64,000 nucleotides of DNA from Meyerozyma guilliermondii (lineage: Eukaryota): contig CP128817.1 of NCBI GenBank assembly GCA_051546255.1, positions 620,001 through 684,000 on the forward strand. The letters are read 5' to 3'. The translations under genes were made by a program, and so were the position numbers. This document shows, one piece after another, positions 1-11,100 of this stretch; within the stretch, counting starts at the first letter, position 1, and each line of letters opens with the position of its first letter. The notes under the pieces are model-generated. The model saw nothing but the letters and a program-made list of their open reading frames with translations, was not told where the DNA came from and ran no database searches.

Positions 1-128
1 GCGAGATGGTTTTTGTTCGTGGAGACTCGGTGATCTTGATAAGTTCTATATGAATGAACGATGACGAAACGATGTAGACCGACAGGTTGGAGATTAAACT
101 AGAGTTGTACAGATTGAGATTACAGTCA

Positions 129-191
129 TCTATGAATACTGTCTATGATTAACGGTCTATGCAGATTTTTCTGTGATTAAAGTTCTATGAT
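129..191. repeat. Degenerate ~14-bp-period minisatellite (TCTATG core, 5 copies)
   Basis: TCTATG/TCTGTG cores start at 129, 142, 156, 170 and 184 (spacing 13-14 nt). Confidence 0.55.
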
Positions 192-247
192 CAGTTCACT
201 TCAGTATCTTTTTCCTCATTTCCGTCCTTTCTTTTTGTCTTTTCTTT

Positions 248-1090
248 TCATCTATCCTCATTTTCTCTTATTTTCCTCAACTGGTCAACGGCTGCGGCAT
301 TGGCAAGCCACCTCTCTTTGGCAGCTTGTCCATGTTCCAAAAGTGACCCGATTTCTTCGACCAAGCCACTGATAATCCTGTCGTATTCCTCGACAGTGGT
401 AGAAGCTGGTGCTGCGTAACCGGTTCCTCGACTAACATCATACACATATTTGTGTTCTAGCTTGCGACACAGCCGTCCTTTTAGGTGCTCCTCCACACTA
501 TGTTGCCAGTCAATCTCAGCATTAAAGAGCTTCTCCTTGAAAATATTCTGTATTTCAGCCTCTTCAAAGACAAAATTGCTGGAATCTAGGTCGATACTCG
601 TTGGATCGCTCGTTCCATCGTCATCTTTCCTTATCTTTTGTGTCAACATTTTGGCTCCTCTTGGCCGTAATCTCGCATCAAAACTCTTCGAAAGTGCTTT
701 CATCTTCTCCAACATGGGCCGCTGGACATCCTGGAGTCTTCGAAGTTGTTCTTTTAGTTCGTTTTGTTGTTCCGTCATGATCTCAAGTTGTCCAGGAAGC
801 AGCTCAAGATTCAGACTTCGGGTATTATTGTGAATAAATATGATTCTCTGCATGCTTTTGACATGAATACGGTACAATTCGTACACTTTTTCAAGTTCAA
901 ACCGATATTGTTCAACTTTAACTCGGCAAAGATCATTTTTGGGCGATTCTTCGTTTCGACTATTTCTGCTTAATTCAAGTATATCGTGCCTCAATCGAAG
1001 ATACTGCTGGGAAACCTTGTCATTGTACCGAAGAGCACTTGATATGGACTCCTCTATGAGCTCTTGCTGGCGATTGGTGGTTAGAGACAT
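248..1090 (-). CDS. Hypothetical helical/coiled-coil protein, 280 aa; weak resemblance to THO subunit Thp2
   Basis: Long ORF from ATG 1090; heptad-rich; LEHKY segment loosely recalls Thp2 LENKY; no firm family call. Confidence 0.7.
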   Translation of the reverse strand: MSLTTNRQQELIEESISSALRYNDKVSQQYLRLRHDILELSRNSRNEESPKNDLCRVKVEQYRFELEKVYELYRIHVKSMQRIIFIHNNTRSLNLELLPGQLEIMTEQQNELKEQLRRLQDVQRPMLEKMKALSKSFDARLRPRGAKMLTQKIRKDDDGTSDPTSIDLDSSNFVFEEAEIQNIFKEKLFNAEIDWQHSVEEHLKGRLCRKLEHKYVYDVSRGTGYAAPASTTVEEYDRIISGLVEEIGSLLEHGQAAKERWLANAAAVDQLRKIRENEDR

Positions 1091-1171
1091 CAACTATGTA
1101 TAATGAGATTGATAAATTTGGTGCAGGATCAAGACAAAATCTGCACTTTCCATACTAAAGTCGTTATATCA

Positions 1172-3547
1172 TTATGAGGGATTAGCACCCAATGCCCAGC
1201 CCAAACCAGATGCAAAGAGCTTGGAGATCTTTTCACTCGTTTGGTGGGTGGTGTTTGCTGCCTCGCTAAGTAAATTGTTCACCACCGTTGTCTCCTGCTG
1301 AACTGACAGTGGTGTCAGAAGGTTCTGATAATACATGTCAATCTGATCGTTGACTATTTCCCATTGACGCAACAAAAGCTTGCTATTACCAACACTGTTA
1401 TTGTTGCTTCGACAATAGATGAGTGCAGTCGACAATATTTCTCTTTGCTTGATAAGTACTTGTAACTGAGAGTCACTTATACCGTCCAAATCATTGATCC
1501 AATCCGGCAGCGCATACTTGCCAACCTGGTAGAATGTGAGCCAGTACTCTCCAATATCTTCTGTAGCTTGTGAGTTGTCTTTGTAATGGGAAAATAACTC
1601 CTTGGATCGTTTGTAAGCGTAGGAAAAGTTGTTGTCAATGAGGGCCGATTCAATACAGACAGAATTGAGTTTGCTGAAACTGTGATCGAGATTGTGTCCA
1701 AAAAAGATCCCCAAATCATTGAGGATTTTGTGAAGCTTGCCAAATGCCAAATAAGATTTGGGGTTCTGCTCCAAAATTAGTGTTATTAATGTCATAGGTG
1801 TACCCGAACCAAGCTGAGAACTCGAGGCTCCGAATTTGCTAATGACTTGTGCTGGTACAATTTTCTGTCCATTGACCAGAATCTTAAAGTTTTTCAAGTT
1901 TGAAATTGCTTTGAGTAAGTGCTTGACACCTACAATGTCGCTATGGTCTCCTTCGATGCCATCCATAATCTTTATGCATTCGTGAGCATGCTTAAGTCCA
2001 TCCATGTTCTCGTTCATGCTGGAAGCACTATTGAAACTGTCCCAAAATTTGGCCATTACAAGCTCCGAAATCACGTTGTGAGAAATATTCTTTGACGATG
2101 CAAATAATTTGGATTCCTCAAACAAATTGGCTACCAAAAGACGCTCGAGAACAGCTTTGTTGACATCTTTCAGTTGCTCAGAACCCATAAATGTCGACAC
2201 AAACGAGTCTACTGACGACAAGAGCTGCGTGCAATTGCCGGCATTCACACCAGAAAGTATTTTTGTGACTTCCTTTTCGCTGCTCACCTCGCTTGTCATT
2301 AATTGGAAATAGCCGGAGATGGTGAGCTTGTTTATAGGATATAATGAGGAACATGTTTCGATAATGCTCAAAAGATGGTGCACACTTTCCGCGTTTGGCT
2401 GAATTACCAATGGATTTTCCCTCAAAAATTGGTCGAATGAGTCCAACTTGATATCTTTCAAGGAGTTGTTCATATCTGCGTGAGGCACAGCTACTTCAGC
2501 TGGATCTAAGAAAAACTGCAAAGTACTTCGGATCAGATAGTAGGATGATAGAATGGCCATTGAGGTGGATTTGGAATCCAAGGTCAAGGAATAGTAATAT
2601 GCAATAGCAAGGAAACGTTTGAGTAATGCATCTGAATCGGCAGGTGAAGACGAACCGACCAGCAAAATGGCTGAGATACACTTGTTCCAAAACGTAAAGA
2701 TCTCAGCCAACTTCATATCGGCAGAAGTGTTGACCATCCAATTCAAAATGGGATCCAATCCACAATTGTGAAACTTGGTTAACGGGAGCAAGACTCGAAT
2801 TATCCAACGGTCAATGGGAATGTTCGAAGACAGTTCGACGCCCAACGGCTCATACAATACGGAAAGTTGTTCCTGAACCGAAGTTAGAGAGTCGAAACGA
2901 CGCAAATTGACACAATCGTCAACTATGTTCTCACAAACTTCACTGTAGTACAGATGGGGTTCCACGATCCCCTCGAGCCAGCGTTTGAATGGATCATAAT
3001 CTGAAACAAGGTCAAACAATGGTTGACAAGCTCGCAAATCCCGGGATATCTCTGAGTAGCGACAGGTATAAACCTTGCAGAACAGAAAGAGAAGTTGCTG
3101 TACATCATCAGTGTTATGTGTAATCCACCCCAAATCACGACACTTTTGTGAAATTTCTTTCTGAAGCTCATTAACCGTTTCCTCTCGTACTATAGGGCTT
3201 GAACGATTGTAGAGGTTGTTCGAATCAGGCTTCAATCGCAGACTTAGCAGCTGGGCCACTTCTCCCCAGTCGTTGCTTTCAACCAAAAAATCACTATTTG
3301 ACACTTTTGACGACGGTAATGGCAAACTGGTCAATATTTCCACCAAACACAGCACAGGGAACACAACTAACGAGGTTCGAAGTGCCAATAATTGTAGAAT
3401 AGTGACGGTGTTGGAATGCTCTCCCGGCCATTTTTGGACTAATTGAACTATTGCACCAAGTATAGAAACCAAATCTGAGTTTGTGTACTGTCTGGACTCG
3501 GCTAGCATGCCCGCAAGCTCGAAATACACCGTGGCATCGTCAGACAT
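1172..3547 (-). CDS. SEC39: Dsl1 tethering complex subunit Sec39
   Basis: 791-aa helical protein; C-terminal KLFASGLGWALGA typical of Sec39. Confidence 0.8.
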   Translation of the reverse strand: MSDDATVYFELAGMLAESRQYTNSDLVSILGAIVQLVQKWPGEHSNTVTILQLLALRTSLVVFPVLCLVEILTSLPLPSSKVSNSDFLVESNDWGEVAQLLSLRLKPDSNNLYNRSSPIVREETVNELQKEISQKCRDLGWITHNTDDVQQLLFLFCKVYTCRYSEISRDLRACQPLFDLVSDYDPFKRWLEGIVEPHLYYSEVCENIVDDCVNLRRFDSLTSVQEQLSVLYEPLGVELSSNIPIDRWIIRVLLPLTKFHNCGLDPILNWMVNTSADMKLAEIFTFWNKCISAILLVGSSSPADSDALLKRFLAIAYYYSLTLDSKSTSMAILSSYYLIRSTLQFFLDPAEVAVPHADMNNSLKDIKLDSFDQFLRENPLVIQPNAESVHHLLSIIETCSSLYPINKLTISGYFQLMTSEVSSEKEVTKILSGVNAGNCTQLLSSVDSFVSTFMGSEQLKDVNKAVLERLLVANLFEESKLFASSKNISHNVISELVMAKFWDSFNSASSMNENMDGLKHAHECIKIMDGIEGDHSDIVGVKHLLKAISNLKNFKILVNGQKIVPAQVISKFGASSSQLGSGTPMTLITLILEQNPKSYLAFGKLHKILNDLGIFFGHNLDHSFSKLNSVCIESALIDNNFSYAYKRSKELFSHYKDNSQATEDIGEYWLTFYQVGKYALPDWINDLDGISDSQLQVLIKQREILSTALIYCRSNNNSVGNSKLLLRQWEIVNDQIDMYYQNLLTPLSVQQETTVVNNLLSEAANTTHQTSEKISKLFASGLGWALGANPS

Positions 3548-3633
3548 TACGAAGGAACACTATAGCCGTTTGCTCTCGATTCGCACAATTTGCAGTTTCA
3601 CATTTGTTCTGTGTGCACTCGAATAGTTTAAGG

Positions 3634-3641
3634 ACGCGCGT
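3634..3641. promoter_or_regulatory. MCB-like palindrome ACGCGCGT in the SEC39/PIF1 divergent promoter
   Basis: Motif match upstream of a DNA-metabolism gene. Confidence 0.35.
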
Positions 3642-3759
3642 AGATAAATTCTTTCAGATAACGTTTAATTAAGCTCCCTCCCATATCGTTTAGCAAGCTC
3701 CTGGCTTAAACAGATTACGTCCCGGAAACCTTGTCAACCCAGGTGCATAATTTTTGCCT

Positions 3760-5928
3760 ATGTATAGGGCAAGAAATATTGTGAGCCACAAAATTCCCAT
3801 GACACTATCGGTTGACTTCGATGCCGTTAAAGCTATCAGTTTTTCATCATTTACTGATGATTTGTCTACGTGTGGTGGGAAAAGCTCACAAAAATCCGAT
3901 GCTGTCTCATCGAGTCCCAACCGTTCTCCTTTGGCATTAATTCGTTCCCAACTGAGCCCGCTGGCATTAGGCTCGCCTCCCAAAAAAAGACCCCATTTAC
4001 AACCAGTTGCCGACTCACCAATATCATCCAAACCAACCATAACGACAGAGTCACCATTCAATAGTCTGTTGCGAAAAAAAGAGAAAAATGACCTTCTTCA
4101 TCAGCCCTCATTAAAGACCAAAAAAGCTCCACATTACCCAACCATCCAACTCCAAACCCAACGACCTTTCAGTTCCACAAGCAACGCAAAGCGCTACGAA
4201 GACGTTACTACACCTTCCACTACCCATGGTCAAGCACTCAAATCTGTCGTTCCTATAGTTCTTTCAGCTGAGCAGGAACATGTCCTTCAACTCGTTCGCA
4301 ACGGCGAGTCGCTTTTCTACACCGGTTCTGCTGGAACTGGTAAATCCGTTCTTCTTAGAGCTATCATAAAAGAGCTTCGTAAAAAGCACGATGGTAATAT
4401 TGCCGTTACAGCATCGACCGGCTTGGCAGCCTGCAATATCGGTGGTATCACCCTACATAGTTTTGCAGGAGTCGGGCTAGGAGACGGTTCGATAGATAAC
4501 TGGATGAAAAAAGTCCGTTCCAACAAGAAGGCATATTCCCGCTGGGGTTCGGTGAAAGTGTTGATTATAGACGAAATCCTGATGATAGACGGCATATTCT
4601 TCGATAAGCTCAATGAGCTTGCAAAGCGTATTCGCCGCTCCCGAGCTCCATTTGGTGGCATACAGGTAATTGCATGTGGTGACTTTTATCAGTTGCCTCC
4701 TGTAAACAAGAACAAAATAGATGGTAGCCCAATCGAAGAGTCCATGTTTGCGTTTGAGAGCATGGCCTGGAAAAGTACCATAAAAAAGTCCATTCTCCTC
4801 CAAGAGGTATTCCGACAGAAGGGTGACCAGCGTTTTATCGACATGCTTAATGAAATGAGATCAGGACAGATCGGACCAGACACGGAGATGGAGTTCAAAA
4901 AACTTGCTCGTAAGCTTGAATGCCCCGAAGGTATAGTACCAGCTGAGCTTTATTCGACTCGTTATGAGGTCGATAATGCCAACAATACCAGACTCAACTT
5001 GCTAAAAGGAGAAACTCACCTATTTAGTTCAGTCGATGATGGTAGTTTACCGGCACAATCTCGACAAACGGTTCTAAACAATTTCTTGGCCCCACAAAAA
5101 CTTTTCCTCAAGAAAAATGCCCAGGTAATGTGCATAAAGAATTTTGATGAAACCTTGGTCAATGGATCTCTCGGACAAGTAGTCGGGTTTATGGACAAGC
5201 GTACATATAAACTATTCGAGAAGATGAAGGCAGCTCCCCATGTTCCAATTGAATCTCTCAACGCTCAACTCAAGGACGAAGAAAAGAATAATGAGGACAA
5301 GACTTTGAATGACTATAGTAGCCAGCAGTACAACGACTCTGTTTTTGGATTTTTAGATGAAGTTCCTGAGACTGAATTTGCTGACACTGAACTATTCTCT
5401 AGTGAAGAATTGACTAGCAGCTTCAAAGAAAGTAAAGATCGAAAACTCGAATTCATAAATAAAATGCTAGAGGAAGCAGACAAGAAGAAACTTCTTCCAT
5501 TGGTCAGGTTCCTCCTTCCTGATGGTGTCAATACAAGAGAAGTTTTGGTCGAACCAGAAACTTGGACCGTTGAAGATGAGCACCAACAGGTTCTCGCAAG
5601 TCGTACACAAGTTCCATTGATGCTTGCTTGGTCTCTTTCGATCCATAAATCCCAAGGCCAAACATTACCAAAAGTCAAGGTGGACCTTAAGAGGGTTTTT
5701 GAGAATGGCCAGGCATACGTTGCTCTTTCTCGAGCTGTATCACGAGCAGGTTTGCAAGTTCTCAACTTTGACAAGTATAAAATCAGAGCACATCCAAAAG
5801 TTATTGACTTCTATTCCACACTATTTACCCCAGAAGAATCTCTAGCTGACCGAAAACATGAACATGGGCAACGGTCTTTGGATCATTTTTTCTCTACTGT
5901 TGCAGGCAGAGCAGACTTCAACACCTAA
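3760..5928 (+). CDS. PIF1: 5'-3' DNA helicase Pif1
   Basis: GSAGTGKS, TASTGLAA, DEI(S)M, GDFYQLPPV, SIHKSQGQTL, GQAYVALSRA; first ATG 3760, second in-frame ATG 3799. Confidence 0.93.
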   Translation: MYRARNIVSHKIPMTLSVDFDAVKAISFSSFTDDLSTCGGKSSQKSDAVSSSPNRSPLALIRSQLSPLALGSPPKKRPHLQPVADSPISSKPTITTESPFNSLLRKKEKNDLLHQPSLKTKKAPHYPTIQLQTQRPFSSTSNAKRYEDVTTPSTTHGQALKSVVPIVLSAEQEHVLQLVRNGESLFYTGSAGTGKSVLLRAIIKELRKKHDGNIAVTASTGLAACNIGGITLHSFAGVGLGDGSIDNWMKKVRSNKKAYSRWGSVKVLIIDEILMIDGIFFDKLNELAKRIRRSRAPFGGIQVIACGDFYQLPPVNKNKIDGSPIEESMFAFESMAWKSTIKKSILLQEVFRQKGDQRFIDMLNEMRSGQIGPDTEMEFKKLARKLECPEGIVPAELYSTRYEVDNANNTRLNLLKGETHLFSSVDDGSLPAQSRQTVLNNFLAPQKLFLKKNAQVMCIKNFDETLVNGSLGQVVGFMDKRTYKLFEKMKAAPHVPIESLNAQLKDEEKNNEDKTLNDYSSQQYNDSVFGFLDEVPETEFADTELFSSEELTSSFKESKDRKLEFINKMLEEADKKKLLPLVRFLLPDGVNTREVLVEPETWTVEDEHQQVLASRTQVPLMLAWSLSIHKSQGQTLPKVKVDLKRVFENGQAYVALSRAVSRAGLQVLNFDKYKIRAHPKVIDFYSTLFTPEESLADRKHEHGQRSLDHFFSTVAGRADFNT

Positions 5929-6039
5929 GCCCTCAATGCATTACATGTAAGATAGATAGAATAATGCACTCATGACCTATGTATATCAACGACTTCTATG
6001 CCCTATTTACTAATTATATACACGAGACAAAGGCTTCTT

Positions 6040-8106
6040 TCACGACTTTCTATATGTCAACTTCAAGCCAGCCTTGCTGGAAATCTGAAGTTTGTTCATC
6101 AATAGTATTCGAGATAGCATCTCCAAGTGTTCTGGGTCAAGTAAAACGATCAGAACTTTGGTAAAATCTTCACATCTTTTAAGATAAAATCGCAACATGT
6201 CGGTAAAAGGTATTTCAATACCTGGAACCAGATTGACACTAAATTTTGACCATGAGCTTAGAGCGGCTTGGGGGTATAAGCACTCCAAGCCAAGAATGTA
6301 TAAATGCTTTGTTCGTACTTTATTAACAAGCAAAGCATCTGGGTGGGTCAAAACAGTTAATTCTGACGGTTCCATGAGCGATGTGCAAGCAGAATTGTTG
6401 GAGTCCACAAGTTTGGCTTTGATGTCTTCCAAGTCGATAAACGGCGGAATTACAAATACAGCACCATCTTGAACATTTTTCATCGAGTTTCTGATAATAT
6501 GAAGTATTTGATCAGACGCCAAATTCTGCAACAGCTTTTGGAGAAGTTGTTGTAACGAACGTTTTTGTTCGTTCTCAGACAACGATGCTTCGAGCCAGGC
6601 TTCATGAAATTCATTAGCAGGCCAGTTGGCAGTGGTATCTATTTCTTTCAATTTCTTATCACCTTTTTTGTGAAGAAAGCACTGAATGCTATTTGTCGGT
6701 TCAAAGTAGTCTTGACTACCGACAACAACAAGATTTCTACCAGACTTTCGAATTGTGCGTTCCAGATCTGAAAATCTTACGATACGTTCCACGAATGATC
6801 GTTGAGGATCCGTGACACGCATATTGTGGTCCTTTGCTTTTTTAACATCTAGTTGGTCTTGGAGTTGGCGCACTTGAGCGGGACCCCTGGAAACTTTTGA
6901 ACCGTCAAGTTGGATAAGTTTTCGGTATGGTTTCTGGTAAATGGGTTCCATTACAAAGCAGAATTGCAACGGCTTGTACAAATACTTTCTTTTCGTCTTT
7001 ACCATTTTCCGCAAGAGGTTGAGATTTGGTCTGTCATTTTTGGGATACTGCTTTTTGATCAGTTTTTCAACGTCAAGGGCAGAAACGTTGCTGGCGAGAG
7101 TCCACTTGGTGTAGTCAAATCCCCGTGGAATTGGGTCCAGGTCTTGGTCTTTTGCTTTAATTTCAACTGACTTCAAACGTCGCCGAAGACTATCCATATA
7201 ATGATCCATTTGAAGCTTCTGGACGGTGCTGACGATCAGTTTGAGTATGTTTCGGTATTTCCTTTTGGGTCCCTCAAGTGTCAAGCTGACATTTTCGGGA
7301 AGCTGTATATCGGTCGTTTCCAATATATAGTTGGAGCCATCAACTGCGAGCAATTGGGTTTCTTTATAGCATTCCGGTCCAAGTCCGAGCTGGGATTTTT
7401 GGTTGAGAAGACGATGAAATATACTTGGAGTGGTTACCAATATTTGAGGAGGAGTCTTGGAAGCTTCCCCGGTTGTAAGAGTGTCTGAGTTCATATCGGT
7501 GTACACAAAGTTTATCTCGAGCGGTCTTCTGCTGACTTTGTATTCCTCTTTTTCAGGAACCAACTGGTCAGGGCAGCAATCCGTGGGCAATCCTTTGGTT
7601 AGGAATCTGAAATATTTCAAATACTTTTTGACAAGATCGTCCGTTGGTACTAGTATCACGCTATCCACCGAGTAGCCGGAGCTGATTTGGCCAAACTTGG
7701 GAACCCGACTTAACGTAAAGTTCAAGGCATGTATGGCAATTGATAAGGATTTTCCAGAGTAAGAATCGCCTCTAAAGAGAAGACTGTGCTCGGAACCAAG
7801 GACCGATAAAATTATACGTTGGTCTGGAGTAGGTGAAAGATCCCTACTGTGGTCTTTGGGAAGTACGCCTAGCTTTCGAAATCGGTCATTGTCGTGATCG
7901 TCATTCAATTTTTCAAGTTGGTTGAGTCGTTGTTGTAAAAATGGCAAAACTCCAAAGTTGGAAAAGTTTCCATTTTCTTTCGGGTCGAACTTTAGTTTAG
8001 TAAAAGGACCTCTTGGGTCGTTTCGGACTTTGTTCGTAGAAGCATATCGCTTAGAAATTTGTAAAAATGAGGGCTGGATATTTCGCCATCTATATCGTAC
8101 AAACAT
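6040..8106 (-). CDS. Putative mitochondrial degenerate DEAD-box-like protein (pseudo-helicase)
   Basis: Basic presequence-like N-terminus MFVRYRWR..SKRYAS; PTPDQ (Q motif), GDSYSGKS, VPTDDL, VTTPS, VDGSN; alternative in-frame ATG at 8142. Confidence 0.75.
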   Translation of the reverse strand: MFVRYRWRNIQPSFLQISKRYASTNKVRNDPRGPFTKLKFDPKENGNFSNFGVLPFLQQRLNQLEKLNDDHDNDRFRKLGVLPKDHSRDLSPTPDQRIILSVLGSEHSLLFRGDSYSGKSLSIAIHALNFTLSRVPKFGQISSGYSVDSVILVPTDDLVKKYLKYFRFLTKGLPTDCCPDQLVPEKEEYKVSRRPLEINFVYTDMNSDTLTTGEASKTPPQILVTTPSIFHRLLNQKSQLGLGPECYKETQLLAVDGSNYILETTDIQLPENVSLTLEGPKRKYRNILKLIVSTVQKLQMDHYMDSLRRRLKSVEIKAKDQDLDPIPRGFDYTKWTLASNVSALDVEKLIKKQYPKNDRPNLNLLRKMVKTKRKYLYKPLQFCFVMEPIYQKPYRKLIQLDGSKVSRGPAQVRQLQDQLDVKKAKDHNMRVTDPQRSFVERIVRFSDLERTIRKSGRNLVVVGSQDYFEPTNSIQCFLHKKGDKKLKEIDTTANWPANEFHEAWLEASLSENEQKRSLQQLLQKLLQNLASDQILHIIRNSMKNVQDGAVFVIPPFIDLEDIKAKLVDSNNSACTSLMEPSELTVLTHPDALLVNKVRTKHLYILGLECLYPQAALSSWSKFSVNLVPGIEIPFTDMLRFYLKRCEDFTKVLIVLLDPEHLEMLSRILLMNKLQISSKAGLKLTYRKS

Positions 8107-8177
8107 GCAGTTGATTTCGAATTCGCGATGCTCATCGCACATCTACTCTGTGAATGCATTAGTAGCTATAAACAGCC

Positions 8178-11100
8178 TTAAATAGAATTACGTCTGCTCA
8201 ACGAAACATGCTCTCCAGACATGTCTTTCCGAACCTTGTCTCCCATTCCCGCGATATCGGGTAGCTTACCACTGCTTTTCCACAGAGTGAAAAGTTCATC
8301 TGCGTACACATACCCCACGCGATAGATTTCATCGTACTTGGCAAAGTCCAAAGTAGCATAGTTCTCAATTGGGGGCCGGAGATACATCACGCCTGGTGTC
8401 TTTTTCGAGATTTCAAGAGCATTGACACTTGCGACATATGCCAATCTCAATTGAATATCCATCATATTTGGAACATCAGGATGCTTAGAAAATGGGTTCC
8501 AACGGTTGAGAAGAACCCAAAATCCGGAAAGTGTATCACCGTAATTCATGGGTGTTCTGTCGTCAACTGACCCAACGTCAACAGCAATGATGTACTTGGC
8601 ACCTTTTTTCTTCATTTCCAGAACAGGTAAATTGTCCAAGTAGCCTCCATCGAGAAGCATAGAACCGTTGTATGTAATCGGAGGGAGTAGGCCAGCCAAC
8701 GACATTGAAGCTCTAATAAACCGCCACAGGTACCCAGTTTCGTGTATATCCATGGTGGAGTTGGTAATATTGGTGGAGTTGCAAAAGTAGCGGAGCCAAA
8801 AATCTTCAATTTCTGTAAAGCCAAAAATCTTCCAGATACCTCTATTGAACTCATAACCGGTCATATAGGAAGTGACGGGGTATGTTAAGTCTGTGAGGAT
8901 TCTCCAAAACGAAGACACTCTCTTTGCAAACTTTTTGGCTCGGCCATAAATCGAAACTGTGTTATAGTCCATAGCATAGAGTCCACCCACAAACGACCCT
9001 ATTGAGGTTCCGCCAACAAGATCTATGGGAATACCATGTTTTTCAAGTGCAATTACAACGCCAACGTGAGAGATTCCACGAGACCCTCCTCCACCCAAAA
9101 CAAGCCCAACGGCCTCATTCGAGAGAATACGAGCAAGTCGAAGAAAATCGTTCTTGTGCACCGACACTCCATTGAAAGACATCCGTCCATGTGCATTGAT
9201 CTTATTGTTCAACTTGACAAACGATGCTAATGCTTTTCCCTTGACCTCCTCTAATTTCAACTTTATGTTTGGATTAGCTCTATCCTTGATCTTCTTGGCC
9301 AACTCACTGATTATTGGGATCTTTGGTTTCATCACCAGCGTAGTTTGCGTTGGGCTTATTTCCATCTGTATATGATGATGACCTTGAACCCATACTCTGT
9401 TCTTCAACCAAATACTCGTAGATCCTGGAGTCACATACTTCTCGGGATGTATCAAACAGAGATCGGTTCTTGCTGTGGTTTTTAGCTTAATAAGTAGTCT
9501 CTCGTAAGATCCAATACTTTCAGCAGTATCTTCATCGTCAGCATCAGCAAGCAAAAGAATACAGTCACCCTGAGAGATACAAGTAGAAGTCCAATTGGAC
9601 TTGACTGGAGTATCACAAACGTAGACAATCGTTTCATACTTCTCCTCCAAGTAGGCAAAGTAGCCGGAAAGTTTAAGCTCGGCAAGTCGTTCGTCAAATG
9701 CATGCTTTCCAAGATGAGTAAGTGTAGAAGCTTGATCAAGTGCTATAACGTTTCTGCCTATCGCTTTCAATGCCTGTACTAACTTGTCTGCAAATTCTCT
9801 AACGGGAAGCTGGGAAACGGTGGGTAATATGGTGATCGTCTTGAAGTTGCTCGAGATATATGGACTGTCAGACAGTGTCATTGCAAGTGGTTTATCTAGG
9901 ATCTCCTCCGAGTCTTTTTTTGAGAGTCTATTGGCGACAATTCTTGAAACTTTCACCATTATTGATGGGTTTTGGAGCGAAAGTAATTCAAAAAGCGCTC
10001 TAGGTATCCTGGCTGTTTCTGAGTCACGAACTGCAATCAAAGTGTTTTTTCTGAGAGATGCTGTTAATACTTCAACTTCTCCAATAGACTCACCATGGCC
10101 GTATTCTCCCAAAATTTCAACATCATTCGAAGTATACTTTTTATTGCTCTCGTCGATCAAGTTGTCGTTGTAGTCATAAGTATCATGACCTGCCTTTGAG
10201 GCAACCGGTTTAAAAGGTGTTTTGAACTTGACCACTCGAAATCGTCCACTCAATACTATGTGGAATCCATTTGCTGGCTCACCCTCTTTGCTCAAGATGT
10301 CCCCAGCAGAAATATGGCACCATTCCAAGGCATAGTCTATGGTGAGGAATTGCTTTGATAACAATCGCTTCAAGCGTCTAGCAATGGGTAGTTGAAGAAA
10401 GTAAAACTTGTCAATCAACTTGGAGTACATGTGACTGGGTATGTGTGCAACAATGGCACTCGAATCTTCAGATGCTTTCACCAGCACCAAAGATTTCATG
10501 CCAATAAGGCAGTTTAAGTAGCCAGTGATGCCCCCAGCTTTCACGGTATAGATCTTTTTCGACTTGCCGTTTGACTCTTGTATCACATCTAGAGAACCAT
10601 CAATGACGTAAAATATACCTGTGTGGAACGAGTCCTGTTCAATGATAGTTTTACCTGGCTGGATATATTTCATTTGTATAGCTCGAGCGAATTCATCTTT
10701 CACTGCCACAAAGTCAGAATCGTCACCTCTAGAGCCGGGCAAAACCACCTTCTTTGGTTTTTCTTGTAAAACGTCTGCTTCCTTTGTGTGTTGGTTGATT
10801 GTTTGGTACACTTTGTTCCCATTACTTGCTAAACTGGACCGAATACTGGTCATGGGGTCCACACGAGGACTATTAATGGAATCTAAAGACCCATAGTTCA
10901 ACTTTGAAATGCCCACAATTGAAGACGATGCTGAAGAAGACGCCGAAGTCGGATTGATATTCATCACAGTGGGATCGTCTTCAGATATACCCAAATGCGT
11001 GAAGATTTGCTCCACAATTGCGGTACGCAAAGATGTCTCTTCGGTCTCTTCACGTTCATTGGAAAAGCCACGAACACGGATATCTTCAAGAACACTGTTA

